Positions 46,660-56,426 of a DNA stretch of 64,000 nt are shown here, one piece after another (the stretch's first letter is position 1; every line of letters starts with the position of its first letter). Location of the stretch: assembly GCA_035506295.1 (NCBI GenBank), contig DATJPR010000146.1, positions 10,233 through 74,232 on the forward strand, written 5' to 3'. The stretch is from Bacteroidota bacterium. Lineage in GTDB: Bacteria > Bacteroidota > Ignavibacteria > UBA10030 > UBA6906. A program made the translations under genes and the position numbers. The notes under the pieces were generated by a model that did not search any database, was not told the DNA's origin, and worked only from the letters and a program-made list of their open reading frames with translations.

Positions 46660-47394
46660 ATGGATCACATGCTCGACGATGTCTTTTTTGCCCCGGCCGA
46701 TCGGATGCATGAGGACCGGATCCAACTTGACGAAGAGGAACGGCGACATCTTATCACGGTGACCCGGCACGGCGTCGGCGACGAGATTACCATCGTCGAT
46801 GGGGTCGGGGGGGTTTACACTGCGCGCGTCGATCGCATCCAAAAGAAGACCGTCGAATGCCAGGTGCTCTCCCGCACCTCGCAGCAGCACGGGCCACACA
46901 TCGAGATCGGCGTCGGGCTTCTGAGGAACCCATCGCGCTTCGATCTTCTGGTCGAGAAAGCGACGGAGCTCGGCGTCTCCAGCATTGTCCCGCTCGCGAC
47001 CGAGCGGGTGCACATCCATCGCACGAAGACCGATCACTGGAACAAAATCGCCCTCTCCGCAATGAAGCAGTCCGGACGAGCATTCCTGCCAACGATCGCA
47101 ACGCTCACGCCATTCGAGGAGTTCGTGCGTTCCACCCCGAGCTCTGCCCTCGCCCTCATCCCCCACGAACGCGAGAACCATCCTTCCTTGTCACACGTGC
47201 TGGCGGCTCATGGGAACGAGGACATTCGTATCTGTATCGGGCCTGAAGGCGGGTTTACCGACAAGGAGGTCGATCAAGCGGTGCAGGCGGGGTTTCACGC
47301 GGTGAGCCTGGGGAACTATCGCCTGCGGGCGGAGACGGCGGCGATAGCGGCATTGACACTCTGTGTTTCACATCACGAGGAAATCCAAGAGTAG
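46660..47394 (+). CDS. rsmE: 16S rRNA (uracil1498-N3)-methyltransferase
   Basis: Contains RLRAETAA and IGPEGGFTDKEV motifs at the C-terminus and a PUA-like N-terminus. Confidence 0.85.
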   Translation: MDHMLDDVFFAPADRMHEDRIQLDEEERRHLITVTRHGVGDEITIVDGVGGVYTARVDRIQKKTVECQVLSRTSQQHGPHIEIGVGLLRNPSRFDLLVEKATELGVSSIVPLATERVHIHRTKTDHWNKIALSAMKQSGRAFLPTIATLTPFEEFVRSTPSSALALIPHERENHPSLSHVLAAHGNEDIRICIGPEGGFTDKEVDQAVQAGFHAVSLGNYRLRAETAAIAALTLCVSHHEEIQE

Positions 47395-47422
47395 GAAGTA
47401 TGAAGTAGGACGTAGGAAGAAA
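47387..47422 (+). repeat. Purine-rich 36-nt element, copy A (overlaps the rsmE stop codon)
   Basis: AAGAGTAGGAAGTATGAAGTAGGACGTAGGAAGAAA. By hand alignment, 31 of 36 positions match the reverse complement of 28001-28036. The 12-nt and 11-nt flanks are identical. Confidence 0.6.
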
Positions 47423-47463
47423 TATCGGCCTCACAGTCCCACGGTCTCAAAGTTCCACCTTTC

Positions 47464-48096
47464 TCACTCCTTCCTCATCTTCTCCTCGACGATCGCCTGC
47501 ACCTCTTCCAGCATCATCCTGCTGGTGCTGAGCAGAGAGCCGACTTCGTCCATCTTCCATCCCACAAAATCCGGATCGCTCAGCGCAATGAGATTGATCT
47601 TCACGTTGAGAGCGGCGCCTTCGCATGCCGCATGGAGCATGTGTGCGCACACCCCCGCGTCACTGATCGTATTCACATTTCCTTTGGACGCGACTTCCTG
47701 AGCGAGTGCCAGGGCATCGATGCAATGTTTCATCACTTCCAGTGGAATCAGCGTCGCTTCCTTCGTCGCTTCCACGATTGCCGCCGACCGCAGAGCCTTA
47801 TGCGGCTCAGTATCTTTCGGCAGCGCGTACGCTTCCATCACTTTCTGATAGGCCAGCGTGTCCTTGTCGATGAGGCGGGTAAAAGTCTCCCGGAGCGATT
47901 CGGCCTCACCGAGGACCTTCTTCATATCATCCTCGACTTCGAGGTATTTCTTCTTGCCGATGGTAAGATTGCACACCATGGAGGCGAGCGCAATGCCAAG
48001 CGCCCCGGAAAGTGCCGCGACGGATCCTCCGCCCGGAGCGGGTGAAGAGGACGCGACCTCATCGAGGAAGGACGTGACCGAGGTTTTTGTCAGCAT
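47464..48096 (-). CDS. Cyclodeaminase/cyclohydrolase family protein (FTCD C-terminal-like)
   Basis: FLDEVASSSPAPGGGSVAALSGALGIALASMV is the hallmark N-terminal motif of formimidoyl-THF cyclodeaminase / methenyl-THF cyclohydrolase proteins. Confidence 0.85.
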   Translation of the reverse strand: MLTKTSVTSFLDEVASSSPAPGGGSVAALSGALGIALASMVCNLTIGKKKYLEVEDDMKKVLGEAESLRETFTRLIDKDTLAYQKVMEAYALPKDTEPHKALRSAAIVEATKEATLIPLEVMKHCIDALALAQEVASKGNVNTISDAGVCAHMLHAACEGAALNVKINLIALSDPDFVGWKMDEVGSLLSTSRMMLEEVQAIVEEKMRKE

Positions 48097-48156
48097 ACGA
48101 TTCCCTGGACAAAGGATGGACGTTGGTATTCCCTTCGGTGACGCGGAAGGGGAAAG

Positions 48157-49176
48157 TCAACACTGATACTCAATCACCTTTTTTTGCACGTCGAACGGTT
48201 CAAGCTCGTCGAGGCCGAGCCGCTTGATCGCCTCACGAATAAGCGCCTCCTCGCCGGATACACCCGGTGCATAGAATTTGCCGGCGAGGAGCAGCGCTTC
48301 AACGGGGGTCAACCCGACAATTTCGCTCCCGGTCACTTCGATCCCCAGTCCGGCCGCCTGTTTCTTCACCTCTTCGAAGGCTCCGTGGAGTGAAGCGACA
48401 TGGAAGTTTGTAAGGTTCATCGAGACCTGGGCGATGTTGTGACTTTCCAGCGCGACCCCCATCGCCTTCACGGACTTCAGGGTTCCGGGGAGAACCACTT
48501 TTTTCCCGTCGGATCCGACCACGGGATTGCCCTGCTCATCCTTCCTCACTCGTCCGCTTTCACGGATCCGGCCGGCGATCTCGGAGGCGGCCTTCACATC
48601 GCTCGTCGCAAGGTTCACGTTGTAGGCAATGAGAAACATCCGCGCGCCCGTGATCACAGCGCCGCTCTTGGGATTGAAGACTGCCGGTCCGAAGTCGGGC
48701 TTCCACGCCGCCTCTTTCAACTTTTCTTCCAGACCTTCGTACTCCCCTTTTCTGACGTTCGCAAGGTTCTTCCGCTCGGGCCGGGTCGCGGCCTCCTCGT
48801 AGAGATAGACGGGAAGTTGCAGCTCTTCTCCCACTCTCCGGCCAAACGCACGAGCCATAGCCACGCACTCTTCCATCTCCATCCCACCCACCGGGACGAA
48901 CGGGACCACGTCCGTCGCCCCGAGCCGCGGGTGTTCTCCCTGGTGCACGCGCATGTCGATCAATTCCGTCGCCGCTTGCGTCCCTTCGAATGCGCCTTCG
49001 ACGACAGCATCGGGCGCGCCGATGAACGTCACGACGGTCCGATTGTAGTCCGCATTCGGCTCGGCGCTGATGAATTTCACCCCCGCAACGCGTGAGATGG
49101 CCCCGGCAATCGCGTTGATCTTCTTGATGTCCCGACCTTCACTGAAATTCGGCACGCATTCAACGATTTTGTTCAT
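48157..49176 (-). CDS. Glutamate formimidoyltransferase
   Basis: MNKIVECVPNFSEGRD is the hallmark N-terminus. The length is consistent with a stand-alone transferase domain. Confidence 0.9.
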   Translation of the reverse strand: MNKIVECVPNFSEGRDIKKINAIAGAISRVAGVKFISAEPNADYNRTVVTFIGAPDAVVEGAFEGTQAATELIDMRVHQGEHPRLGATDVVPFVPVGGMEMEECVAMARAFGRRVGEELQLPVYLYEEAATRPERKNLANVRKGEYEGLEEKLKEAAWKPDFGPAVFNPKSGAVITGARMFLIAYNVNLATSDVKAASEIAGRIRESGRVRKDEQGNPVVGSDGKKVVLPGTLKSVKAMGVALESHNIAQVSMNLTNFHVASLHGAFEEVKKQAAGLGIEVTGSEIVGLTPVEALLLAGKFYAPGVSGEEALIREAIKRLGLDELEPFDVQKKVIEYQC

Positions 49177-49181
49177 GGGAG

Positions 49182-50426
49182 TCAGAGTTCGAGGATGGTT
49201 CCGTGTTTGACAACGGTACGCACATGATTGGTTCCGAAATGATAGGCAAGGAAACGGTAATCCGGTACGGGGGCGAGGACAATGTCCGCGTATTTTCCCC
49301 GTTCAATGCTTCCGAGAGTGTCCGACCGGTCGATGGCCGCGGCGGCATTCAATGTCGTCGCCGTGATGCATTCTTCCGGGCTCATGTGCATGTGCGTGCA
49401 AGCGATCGTCATCATCAACGGCATGGAATAGCTCATGCACGAACCGGGATTGAAGTCTGTGGCAATCGCAACGGGAACACCGGCATCGATCATCGCCCGG
49501 GCGGGTGCGTATGCGTGGTTGAGAAAGAACGACACTCCCGGGAGAAGAACGCCGACGACTTCTGCCGCCGCCAGAGCGCTGATCCCCTTTTCGGAGATGT
49601 GCTCCAGATGATCAACAGACGTCGCCCCGAGGCGCGCGCCCAGCTCGGCCCCGCCGAGCGCAGAGAGCTCTTCTGCGTGGATTTTTGTCTTCAAGCCGCG
49701 CGATGCCGCGGCACCGAGCACTCGTTCCGTCTGCGCGAGATCAAAATATCCCCGCTCGCAGAAGACGTCGCAAAACTCCGCCAGCTTTCTCTCCGCAATA
49801 TACGGGAGCATGGTATCGACGATGGTCTTGACGTAGCCATCGGGATCGCCGGTGAACTCCGGCGGGACAGCATGTGCTCCAAGAAACGTCGCGACAATAT
49901 CGGGAAGCTCTTCCTCGGCCAGCTCACGGATGGCCTCGAGCATCATGATCTCGGCATCGGTCGAGAGCCCGTACCCCGACTTGATTTCGAGGCTGGTCGT
50001 CCCCGACCTGAGCATCTCTGTGAGATGGTGCCGAGCGGCCTTTTTCAGTTCCCGCTTCGTCGTCCCCCGGACGCTGCGTATCGTGTTCAGGATCCCACCG
50101 CCGCGCTCGGCGATCTGCTGATAGGTCAGCCCTTCCGAACGCATGGCGAATTCGAGTTCCCTGCTGCCCGCGAAGACTGCATGCGTGTGCGCATCCACGA
50201 ACCCCGGCAGCGCCACCATCTCGCCGGCATCGATCACCGTCATCTCATCGCCGATCTGCTCTGAGAACTCAGCCGTTCGGCCAACCCATGCGATCTTGCC
50301 GTCACGGCACAGGACTGCGCCGTTCTCGATCACCCCGAGATCACGCATTTCTTTCCCGCGCTTGAATCTCTTGCCGTTCGCGGCCACAGTGATGAGTTGT
50401 CGAATGTTCTGTATGAAGAGATTCAT
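49182..50426 (-). CDS. hutI: Imidazolonepropionase
   Basis: Track ORF trimmed to ATG 50426 (MNLFIQNI). PGFVDAHTH and ATDFNPGS amidohydrolase motifs. Confidence 0.9.
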   Translation of the reverse strand: MNLFIQNIRQLITVAANGKRFKRGKEMRDLGVIENGAVLCRDGKIAWVGRTAEFSEQIGDEMTVIDAGEMVALPGFVDAHTHAVFAGSRELEFAMRSEGLTYQQIAERGGGILNTIRSVRGTTKRELKKAARHHLTEMLRSGTTSLEIKSGYGLSTDAEIMMLEAIRELAEEELPDIVATFLGAHAVPPEFTGDPDGYVKTIVDTMLPYIAERKLAEFCDVFCERGYFDLAQTERVLGAAASRGLKTKIHAEELSALGGAELGARLGATSVDHLEHISEKGISALAAAEVVGVLLPGVSFFLNHAYAPARAMIDAGVPVAIATDFNPGSCMSYSMPLMMTIACTHMHMSPEECITATTLNAAAAIDRSDTLGSIERGKYADIVLAPVPDYRFLAYHFGTNHVRTVVKHGTILEL

Positions 50427-50465
50427 GGAGAATGAAGAGGGTGACGGCGGGCAATGGTTCAAGAT

Positions 50466-50500
50466 ACAAAAACCCGTGAACTTCCGCAAAGCACGGGGGG
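50466..50500 (-). terminator. Intrinsic terminator after the gluzincin-like gene (end of the udk operon)
   Basis: The minus strand reads CCCGTG-CTTTGCGGAAGTT-CACGGG followed by TTTTTG. The inner CTT/AAG pairs can extend the stem. It starts about 30 nt after the stop at 50531. Confidence 0.5.
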
Positions 50501-50530
50501 CTCTCCCGGAAGGCTCGCGATTCCGGCGCC

Positions 50531-51691
50531 TTACTTGCCTTGCACGGTTCCCTGGACGTAGGAAAGAATTTTGGGGGAGAGAAGAGGCGCTTCGGAGCCG
50601 AATCGTTGCGCTTGCTGATACTTCAGAAAGAAGTCCGCCGGCCCCTGCGCGATCGTTGAAGCCAGCACCTGGCTTCCGAGCGTGCGATCGATTTCGCGGG
50701 CCATCACCATTCCCGTTATCGAGCCATAGCTCTCCCAGTAGCCGGAGGTGTTCGCCATCTGGAGAATCTGGGTCACTCTGCCGGGCGGGGTGGCGGGGTT
50801 GAGCAGCTCTTCGGCTCTGCGGTTGAACTCGTCCACAGCGGTCCGCGTTCGATCGGCCCAGTCGAGGACCAATCGGCCGTGCGTCCGTTGAAGCAGGGAG
50901 AGATAGTAGGCGATCCCTTCGTTCTGTGTAATATCGAGAAGCTGATCGAGAGGGGTGCGGGGAGATGCGTAGTAGGCGCGCCAGACCGGGGAATCGTCCT
51001 TGTAGGCGCCGAACGCAGCATGAAAGACTTCATGAGCCACGACACTCATGAGGCCGACGAACCGCGCATCGACGTTGTCGCCATAGTGCACCGCCTTCGC
51101 GAGGTTCACCACAATCGTCGGTTCCCCGCTCCCTTCCCCGACGAATTCCGGAATGTCGCCGTGCCAGATCACCCGCCGGACGAAGGCATCGACGGTCTGC
51201 GGGCCAAACGCGACGAAGAACACCGGCACGCGGGCCGTCAACCGCGCGTCTTCCGGAAACAGTTGCTGCACCGTCGCGACGACCTTTTGCGCGAAATTCC
51301 TCTTCTTCACCACGTCGAGAAGCTCCCGCATCGCCGCGCCATTCTCTCTTGCGTCCTCCATGCGGAAGGGATCGTCGCCGAGCGACTGATTGAACTTCAC
51401 CGATTCCAGGGAAGTATCCAGGGCCGTGATCGTCAACGGTTTTCCCGAGAGCAGCGCCGTCGTCGCAAGCGCGATGCGGCTCCCGCGCAGCAAAGCAATC
51501 GATCCCGGAATTCCTCCGAGGCCGTTATAGAGATCAATCGTCTGATCGGCGGAGGAGTAGTTCAGGTCGAGGAAGAGATTGAAGTGGTCGAAACCCTGCG
51601 CGGAGGCGATCTGAAGCAGGAACCCCACGAAGAGAACGGCGACGAAGACTGGTCGTGCGCTCCGTCGATGTCCAGCGGAAGCGGTGGTCAT
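50531..51691 (-). CDS. Exported gluzincin-like putative metalloprotease (DUF2268/DUF5700-like)
   Basis: Track ORF 50531..52771 trimmed to the ATG at 51691 (MTTASAGHRRSARPVFVAVLFVGFLLQIASAQ), which forms an ATGA overlap with the upstream stop. HEVFH followed by NEGIAYY. Confidence 0.65.
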   Translation of the reverse strand: MTTASAGHRRSARPVFVAVLFVGFLLQIASAQGFDHFNLFLDLNYSSADQTIDLYNGLGGIPGSIALLRGSRIALATTALLSGKPLTITALDTSLESVKFNQSLGDDPFRMEDARENGAAMRELLDVVKKRNFAQKVVATVQQLFPEDARLTARVPVFFVAFGPQTVDAFVRRVIWHGDIPEFVGEGSGEPTIVVNLAKAVHYGDNVDARFVGLMSVVAHEVFHAAFGAYKDDSPVWRAYYASPRTPLDQLLDITQNEGIAYYLSLLQRTHGRLVLDWADRTRTAVDEFNRRAEELLNPATPPGRVTQILQMANTSGYWESYGSITGMVMAREIDRTLGSQVLASTIAQGPADFFLKYQQAQRFGSEAPLLSPKILSYVQGTVQGK

Positions 51692-52929
51692 GGCATGAAC
51701 AGGAATGGAACGTGCAGCAGGGACAACGCGCCGAAACGGATCGTCGTCTCTTTTCTGGCGTTGGGCACAAGCCATGCAAAATACAGTCCCTTCACGACGG
51801 TGTTGCTCATCATGGAGAGAATGATCGCCTTGGATGCGATGGATCCGAGCGAATCCGGATTCTTCACAATCGAGAGCATGAACGGAGCGATGTCCGAGAC
51901 GCCCACAAGGGATGCCAGCGTCAGGAGCCCGGTGCTGCCGGCGATTTCGGTCACGATCGCCGTGACCACGGACATTAGGACAAACAGGCCTGCGAAGAGG
52001 AGCGCAGGAGTGATTTCGAACGGGTTTTCGAGGCCGGGAATGTCGCGTGCATCTGTCGACGACGGCTCCCGCCGGAGGCGGAAGGACGTCGCGAGACCGA
52101 TCAGCGCAAGGGCGCACAGCTTCCACCAGATGGTCCAGACGAAGACCGGGCTCACAAGCGCTATCAGCACCAGGCTGCGAAGGTACATGACGCTGCTTGC
52201 GAGCAGCGACGCCTCGAGCGCATCCCGCGCCATCTCCGGAGAACGCTGCGCCATTCTCCCCCCAGCGAGAGTCACGGCGGTGCTGGAAACCGTTCCCCCC
52301 AGCAGGCCGGAGAGCCAGAGCCCCACCCTTGGGCCGAAACGCTTGATCAGAATGTAGCCGAAGAAGCCGACCGTAGAAACCAGGATGACGATCTTCCAAA
52401 TCCCCGCCGGGTTCAGATGAAACCTGGTGTAGTCCTGATCGGGAAGCGCAGGCAGGATAATGAGCGTCACCAGGAGGAACTTGACCGTCGCCAGAATGTC
52501 GACGCGATCGAGATCGGCAACGAGCTTCTCGAGTCTCGCTTTCTCCGAAAGCAGCATCGTGTTGATGATGCCGAGGGCCATCGGAATCCAGATATCCGCG
52601 ACCAGCGCGAGCGCGCCCACGATGAACGTCAGCAGCGCAGAAATCTCGCTGGTGGAGCCATACCGCTCGTTCTTGATCTTCGCGTAGTACGCGATGGCGG
52701 TCAGGATCGTCATCGAAAGCAGCCCGACCGGCAGGACGAATGTTGCGCCAAACTTGTGCAGCCACGCGCAACCGAAGCCGTACAGGCTTATGATGGGATG
52801 CGTCCTCACTCCGCCGAAGACAAGTTTCTGGCTCTCGATCTTCGTGCTTTCGCGCTCGAGCCCGACAAGAAATCCGAGGGCGAGGGCCACCCCCAGACGC
52901 ATTTCAAATGTCCATTCGATGCCGTTCAC
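51688..52929 (-). CDS. MgtC/SapB-family membrane protein with DUF4010-like extension
   Basis: 413 aa, polytopic. The N-terminal RLGVALALGFLVGLERE motif is typical of the MgtC family. Confidence 0.8.
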   Translation of the reverse strand: MNGIEWTFEMRLGVALALGFLVGLERESTKIESQKLVFGGVRTHPIISLYGFGCAWLHKFGATFVLPVGLLSMTILTAIAYYAKIKNERYGSTSEISALLTFIVGALALVADIWIPMALGIINTMLLSEKARLEKLVADLDRVDILATVKFLLVTLIILPALPDQDYTRFHLNPAGIWKIVILVSTVGFFGYILIKRFGPRVGLWLSGLLGGTVSSTAVTLAGGRMAQRSPEMARDALEASLLASSVMYLRSLVLIALVSPVFVWTIWWKLCALALIGLATSFRLRREPSSTDARDIPGLENPFEITPALLFAGLFVLMSVVTAIVTEIAGSTGLLTLASLVGVSDIAPFMLSIVKNPDSLGSIASKAIILSMMSNTVVKGLYFAWLVPNARKETTIRFGALSLLHVPFLFMP

Positions 52930-53558
52930 GATACCGGTGCCTGTTCATGCATCAACATACGGATTTTGGCGACCACCATATCGATGGCCACGATGTTCTC
53001 CGACCCCCGCGGAATGATGACATCCGCCCAGTGCTTGCTTGGCTCGACGAATTCCAGATGCATCGGCTTGACCGTGCGCATGTACTGGTCCATGACCGAC
53101 TCCACCGATCGCCCGCGCTCAAGAATATCGCGCCGAATCCTGCGGATCAGCCGCACATCCGCGTCCGTGTCGACGAAGATCTTGATGTCCATGAGGTCGC
53201 GCAAATCCTTCTCCACAAAAATCAATATGCCGTCGATGATGATGATGTCGCGGGGCTCAACGCGACGGCACGAATCAAGCCGACGGTGCGTCGTAAAATT
53301 ATAGATGGGCTCCTCGATCGGGCGGTGCGCCTTCAGCTCCTTCAGATTACGGACCAGAAGATCCGTTTCCAGCGAATCCGGGTGGTCAAAATTGATCTCG
53401 GACGCCGGTGTTCCTCCGTAGACACCGAGGTCTTTGTAGTATGAATCGTGCTCGATGACGGCAATCTGAGAAGCATCCAAACGCTCGAGGATTTTGTTCG
53501 TGACCGATGTTTTCCCGGAACCGGTCCCGCCGGCAATGCCAATAATGAGTGGATCCAT
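52926..53558 (-). CDS. udk: Uridine kinase
   Basis: Track ORF trimmed to ATG 53558 (MDPLIIGIAGGTGSGKTSV). Also carries the FDHPDSLE motif. Confidence 0.9.
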   Translation of the reverse strand: MDPLIIGIAGGTGSGKTSVTNKILERLDASQIAVIEHDSYYKDLGVYGGTPASEINFDHPDSLETDLLVRNLKELKAHRPIEEPIYNFTTHRRLDSCRRVEPRDIIIIDGILIFVEKDLRDLMDIKIFVDTDADVRLIRRIRRDILERGRSVESVMDQYMRTVKPMHLEFVEPSKHWADVIIPRGSENIVAIDMVVAKIRMLMHEQAPVS

Positions 53559-53795
53559 GACGTCCGTATTTTTTTCGTGAATGAAGTTACGTGAGAAATG
53601 GCCGGAATGCAATATATCACCGGTCTATCGCGCGCCCGAGGGCATATTCTGGTGGCATTGCACAACGGAACCGCAGTCAAAGGTCACGATGTTTTTCAGA
53701 AGAACCACTCGGAGAGGCATACAACTTCTCCCGTCCGTTTTCCGTATATTATGGCGTCGTTCATTTCGTCGAACGTGAATGGAGTTGAGAGATCA

Positions 53796-54659
53796 ATGAA
53801 TACGATGAAATCCGTGTTTCTCATGGCGCTGCTGACCGTTCTTGTCGTCCTCGTGGGAAACTGGGTGGGTGGTCAGAACGGCATGATCATCGCCTTTGTG
53901 TTTGCGGTGGCGATGAATTTCGGCAGCTACTGGTTCAGCGATAAGATCGTGCTGCGCATGTACCGGGCCCAGGAGGTTTCGCGGGACCAGCTGCCGTGGC
54001 TCTTCGACATGATTCAGGATTTGACCGGCAGGGCCGGGCTCCCGATGCCGAAAGTGTACGTCATTCCGCAGGAACAGCCGAACGCCTTTGCCACGGGGCG
54101 GAGCCCGGAACACGCGGCGGTGGCGGTGACAGAAGGAATCATGCAGACGCTCACGAAGGAGGAGCTCCGCGGCGTTCTCAGCCACGAACTCGCGCACGTG
54201 CAGCACCGCGACATTCTCATCGGGACGATCGCCGCAACGATGGCGGGGGCGATCAGCATGCTCGCGAACATGGCGCAGTGGGCGATGATCTTCGGCGGCG
54301 GAAGCCGGTCGAACGACCGCGACGGAGGAAGTCCCATCGCCGGTCTCGTGATGATCATTGTCGCGCCGATTGCGGCGCTCCTGATTCAAATGGCGATATC
54401 GCGCTCCCGGGAATTCGCAGCGGATGAAGGCGGCGCGAAAATCTCGGGCGACCCCCTCGCGCTGGCCAATGCGCTGAAGAAGCTCGAGATGCGCACGGAA
54501 ACCATTCCGATGGACGCTTCTCCCGCCACGGCCCACATGTTCATCGTCAATCCGCTCAGCGGCGGCGGGTTGACCTCCCTGTTCAGTACCCACCCTCCGA
54601 TCGAAGAGCGCATCGCCCGGCTGGAAGGAATGGCGTACGGTCGCGCTGTCGGGGCGTAG
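53796..54659 (+). CDS. htpX: Membrane zinc metalloprotease HtpX (M48)
   Basis: Track ORF trimmed to ATG 53796 ([13 protein letters not shown]). HELAHV zinc motif, EFAADEGG, and four hydrophobic segments. Confidence 0.9.
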   Translation: MNTMKSVFLMALLTVLVVLVGNWVGGQNGMIIAFVFAVAMNFGSYWFSDKIVLRMYRAQEVSRDQLPWLFDMIQDLTGRAGLPMPKVYVIPQEQPNAFATGRSPEHAAVAVTEGIMQTLTKEELRGVLSHELAHVQHRDILIGTIAATMAGAISMLANMAQWAMIFGGGSRSNDRDGGSPIAGLVMIIVAPIAALLIQMAISRSREFAADEGGAKISGDPLALANALKKLEMRTETIPMDASPATAHMFIVNPLSGGGLTSLFSTHPPIEERIARLEGMAYGRAVGA

Positions 54660-54677
54660 CCACAGCGCTGAGGCACC

Positions 54678-55022
54678 ATGAGCCGAAGATTCGTGACGGG
54701 CACAATCCTCGTTTTCCTTCTCGCGGCGATGGCGATGATCCTTCTCCTCACGCAGAAGGATGCCATCGTCGACGAGAATGCGCACAACATCCTGGGCATC
54801 GTCGAAACGTCTCTCCTGCAACGCTATCAGGATCCCACCACGCAGGATTCACTGCACCGCAGGTTCCTCGCTATCCATGAAAAGGTCAGACGAGGAGAAG
54901 CGGACTCCACAGCTCTCCGGAGGCTGGTGCGGCAGTTCTATGAGTACTACAGGGACGGGAGGATTGATTCGGCTGAAGCAAAGGTCTTGGTGACCAACGT
55001 CGATTACCTGGCGAGCAAATAA
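54678..55022 (+). CDS. Hypothetical membrane-anchored protein
   Basis: 114 aa with an N-terminal hydrophobic helix (GTILVFLLAAMAMILLL). I recognise no family. Confidence 0.5.
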   Translation: MSRRFVTGTILVFLLAAMAMILLLTQKDAIVDENAHNILGIVETSLLQRYQDPTTQDSLHRRFLAIHEKVRRGEADSTALRRLVRQFYEYYRDGRIDSAEAKVLVTNVDYLASK

Positions 55023-56426
55023 CTACTTCCGACCACCCAGTTTCTTCTTCCATCGCGCGATCGCTCTGTGAACGTGCGTTGGCGAGGTCGAACCGGCCGA
55101 CGCCTTCGCACGAATACTCGCCCGCGGATCGAGGAGGCCCAGGGCGGAGGAATCAAACAACGCTGAAAAGGCCTTCAGCTGCTGCAAGGTGAAGGAGTCG
55201 AGACTTTTCTTCTGTTCGGCCGCGCTCCGGACGATGTCTCCCACGATTGCGTGAGCCGCCCGGAACGGCAGGCCTTTGCGCACGAGAAAATCCGCAAGAT
55301 CGGTGGCGGTGCTGAAGTCCGAGCCCAGATCGTTCTCAAATCTCGTGGCATGGACCTTCAGGGTCGGCATCATCAGCGCCATGATGTTCAACGATGAAAC
55401 CAGTGTATCCGCGGCATCGAACGTCGGTTCCTTGTCTTCCTGCAGATCCCGGTTATACGAGAGCGGAAGCCCTTTCATCGTCGTGAGCAGGGCCAGAAGA
55501 TCCCCGTAGACTCTCCCCGTTTTTCCCCGCACCAGTTCCGCCATGTCGGGGTTCTTCTTTTGCGGCATGATACTGCTGCCCGTGGCAAACGCGTCGCCAA
55601 TCTCGATCAGCCCCCATTCCCGCGAGCTCCAGAGCACCAGCTCCTCCGCCAACCTGCTGAGGTGCATCATCGTGATTGCCGCCGCGCTGAGAAACTCGAG
55701 GAGGGCATCCCTGTCGCTCACCGCGTCGATGCTGTTCTCCACAATCCCCGCAAGGCCAAGGTCCTTTGCGACCGTTCCCCTATCGATAGGGAACGAGCTT
55801 CCGGCCATGGCCCCTGCACCGAGCGGCGAACGCAGCGCGCGACGGCGGCAGTCGACGAAGCGATCGTGATCCCGATCGAGCATTTCAACATAGGCGAGCA
55901 GATGATGCGCCAGAAGTACCGGCTGGCCGTGCTGGAGGTGCGTGTAACCGGGAATGACCACGTCCTGTTCCCGGCCGGCGAGCGCGACGAGAGATCGCTG
56001 AAGCGATCGGATGCCTTCCAGGACCGCTCCGATCGTCGTGCGCAGGTAGAGCCGTTCATCGAGCGCGATCTGGTCGTTCCGGCTTCTTGCGGTGTGGAGC
56101 CGTCCGCCGGCTTCTCCCACAAGATCGATCAGCCGGGCTTCGATCGCCATGTGAATGTCTTCGGCGACGAATCTTCCTTCCTGACCACCACCTGTCAGCG
56201 CCGGAAACGTCCCTTCCCGGATCTCCCGGCGAATCTTCTCCAGCCCGCGCGCGATCTTTCGCGCGTCGTCGCCCGAAAGGATCTTTCGCCGGGCGAGCAT
56301 GCGCACGTGGGCGAGGCTCCCGTCGATGTCTTCGTTGTAGAGCCGCCGGTCGACCGGCAACGATGTTGAAAACCGGAGGGCCTCAGGGTGAAGCCCTCCG
56401 CGGAAACGGCCTTTCCAGATCTTCAT
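55023..56426 (-). CDS. argH: Argininosuccinate lyase
   Basis: Fumarate-lyase signature region [12 protein letters not shown]. Full-length ArgH-like. Confidence 0.95.
   Translation of the reverse strand: MKIWKGRFRGGLHPEALRFSTSLPVDRRLYNEDIDGSLAHVRMLARRKILSGDDARKIARGLEKIRREIREGTFPALTGGGQEGRFVAEDIHMAIEARLIDLVGEAGGRLHTARSRNDQIALDERLYLRTTIGAVLEGIRSLQRSLVALAGREQDVVIPGYTHLQHGQPVLLAHHLLAYVEMLDRDHDRFVDCRRRALRSPLGAGAMAGSSFPIDRGTVAKDLGLAGIVENSIDAVSDRDALLEFLSAAAITMMHLSRLAEELVLWSSREWGLIEIGDAFATGSSIMPQKKNPDMAELVRGKTGRVYGDLLALLTTMKGLPLSYNRDLQEDKEPTFDAADTLVSSLNIMALMMPTLKVHATRFENDLGSDFSTATDLADFLVRKGLPFRAAHAIVGDIVRSAAEQKKSLDSFTLQQLKAFSALFDSSALGLLDPRASIRAKASAGSTSPTHVHRAIARWKKKLGGRK

Noticed and set aside
50554-50568. 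GGACGTAGGAAAGAA inside the gluzincin-like gene, considered as a third copy of the purine-rich element.
   Set aside because: Only about 15 nt of similarity. It lies within a well-supported coding frame (codes ...SYVQG... on the minus strand) and lacks the flanking halves of the 36-nt element. Probably coincidence.
50531-52771. A 746-aa ORF that would make one giant protein spanning the gluzincin-like gene and most of the MgtC-like gene.
   Set aside because: The N-terminal 360 residues overlap the MgtC/DUF4010 gene in another frame and are Arg/Gly/His-rich nonsense-like sequence. An internal ATG at 51691 gives a clean signal peptide and an ATGA junction with the upstream stop.
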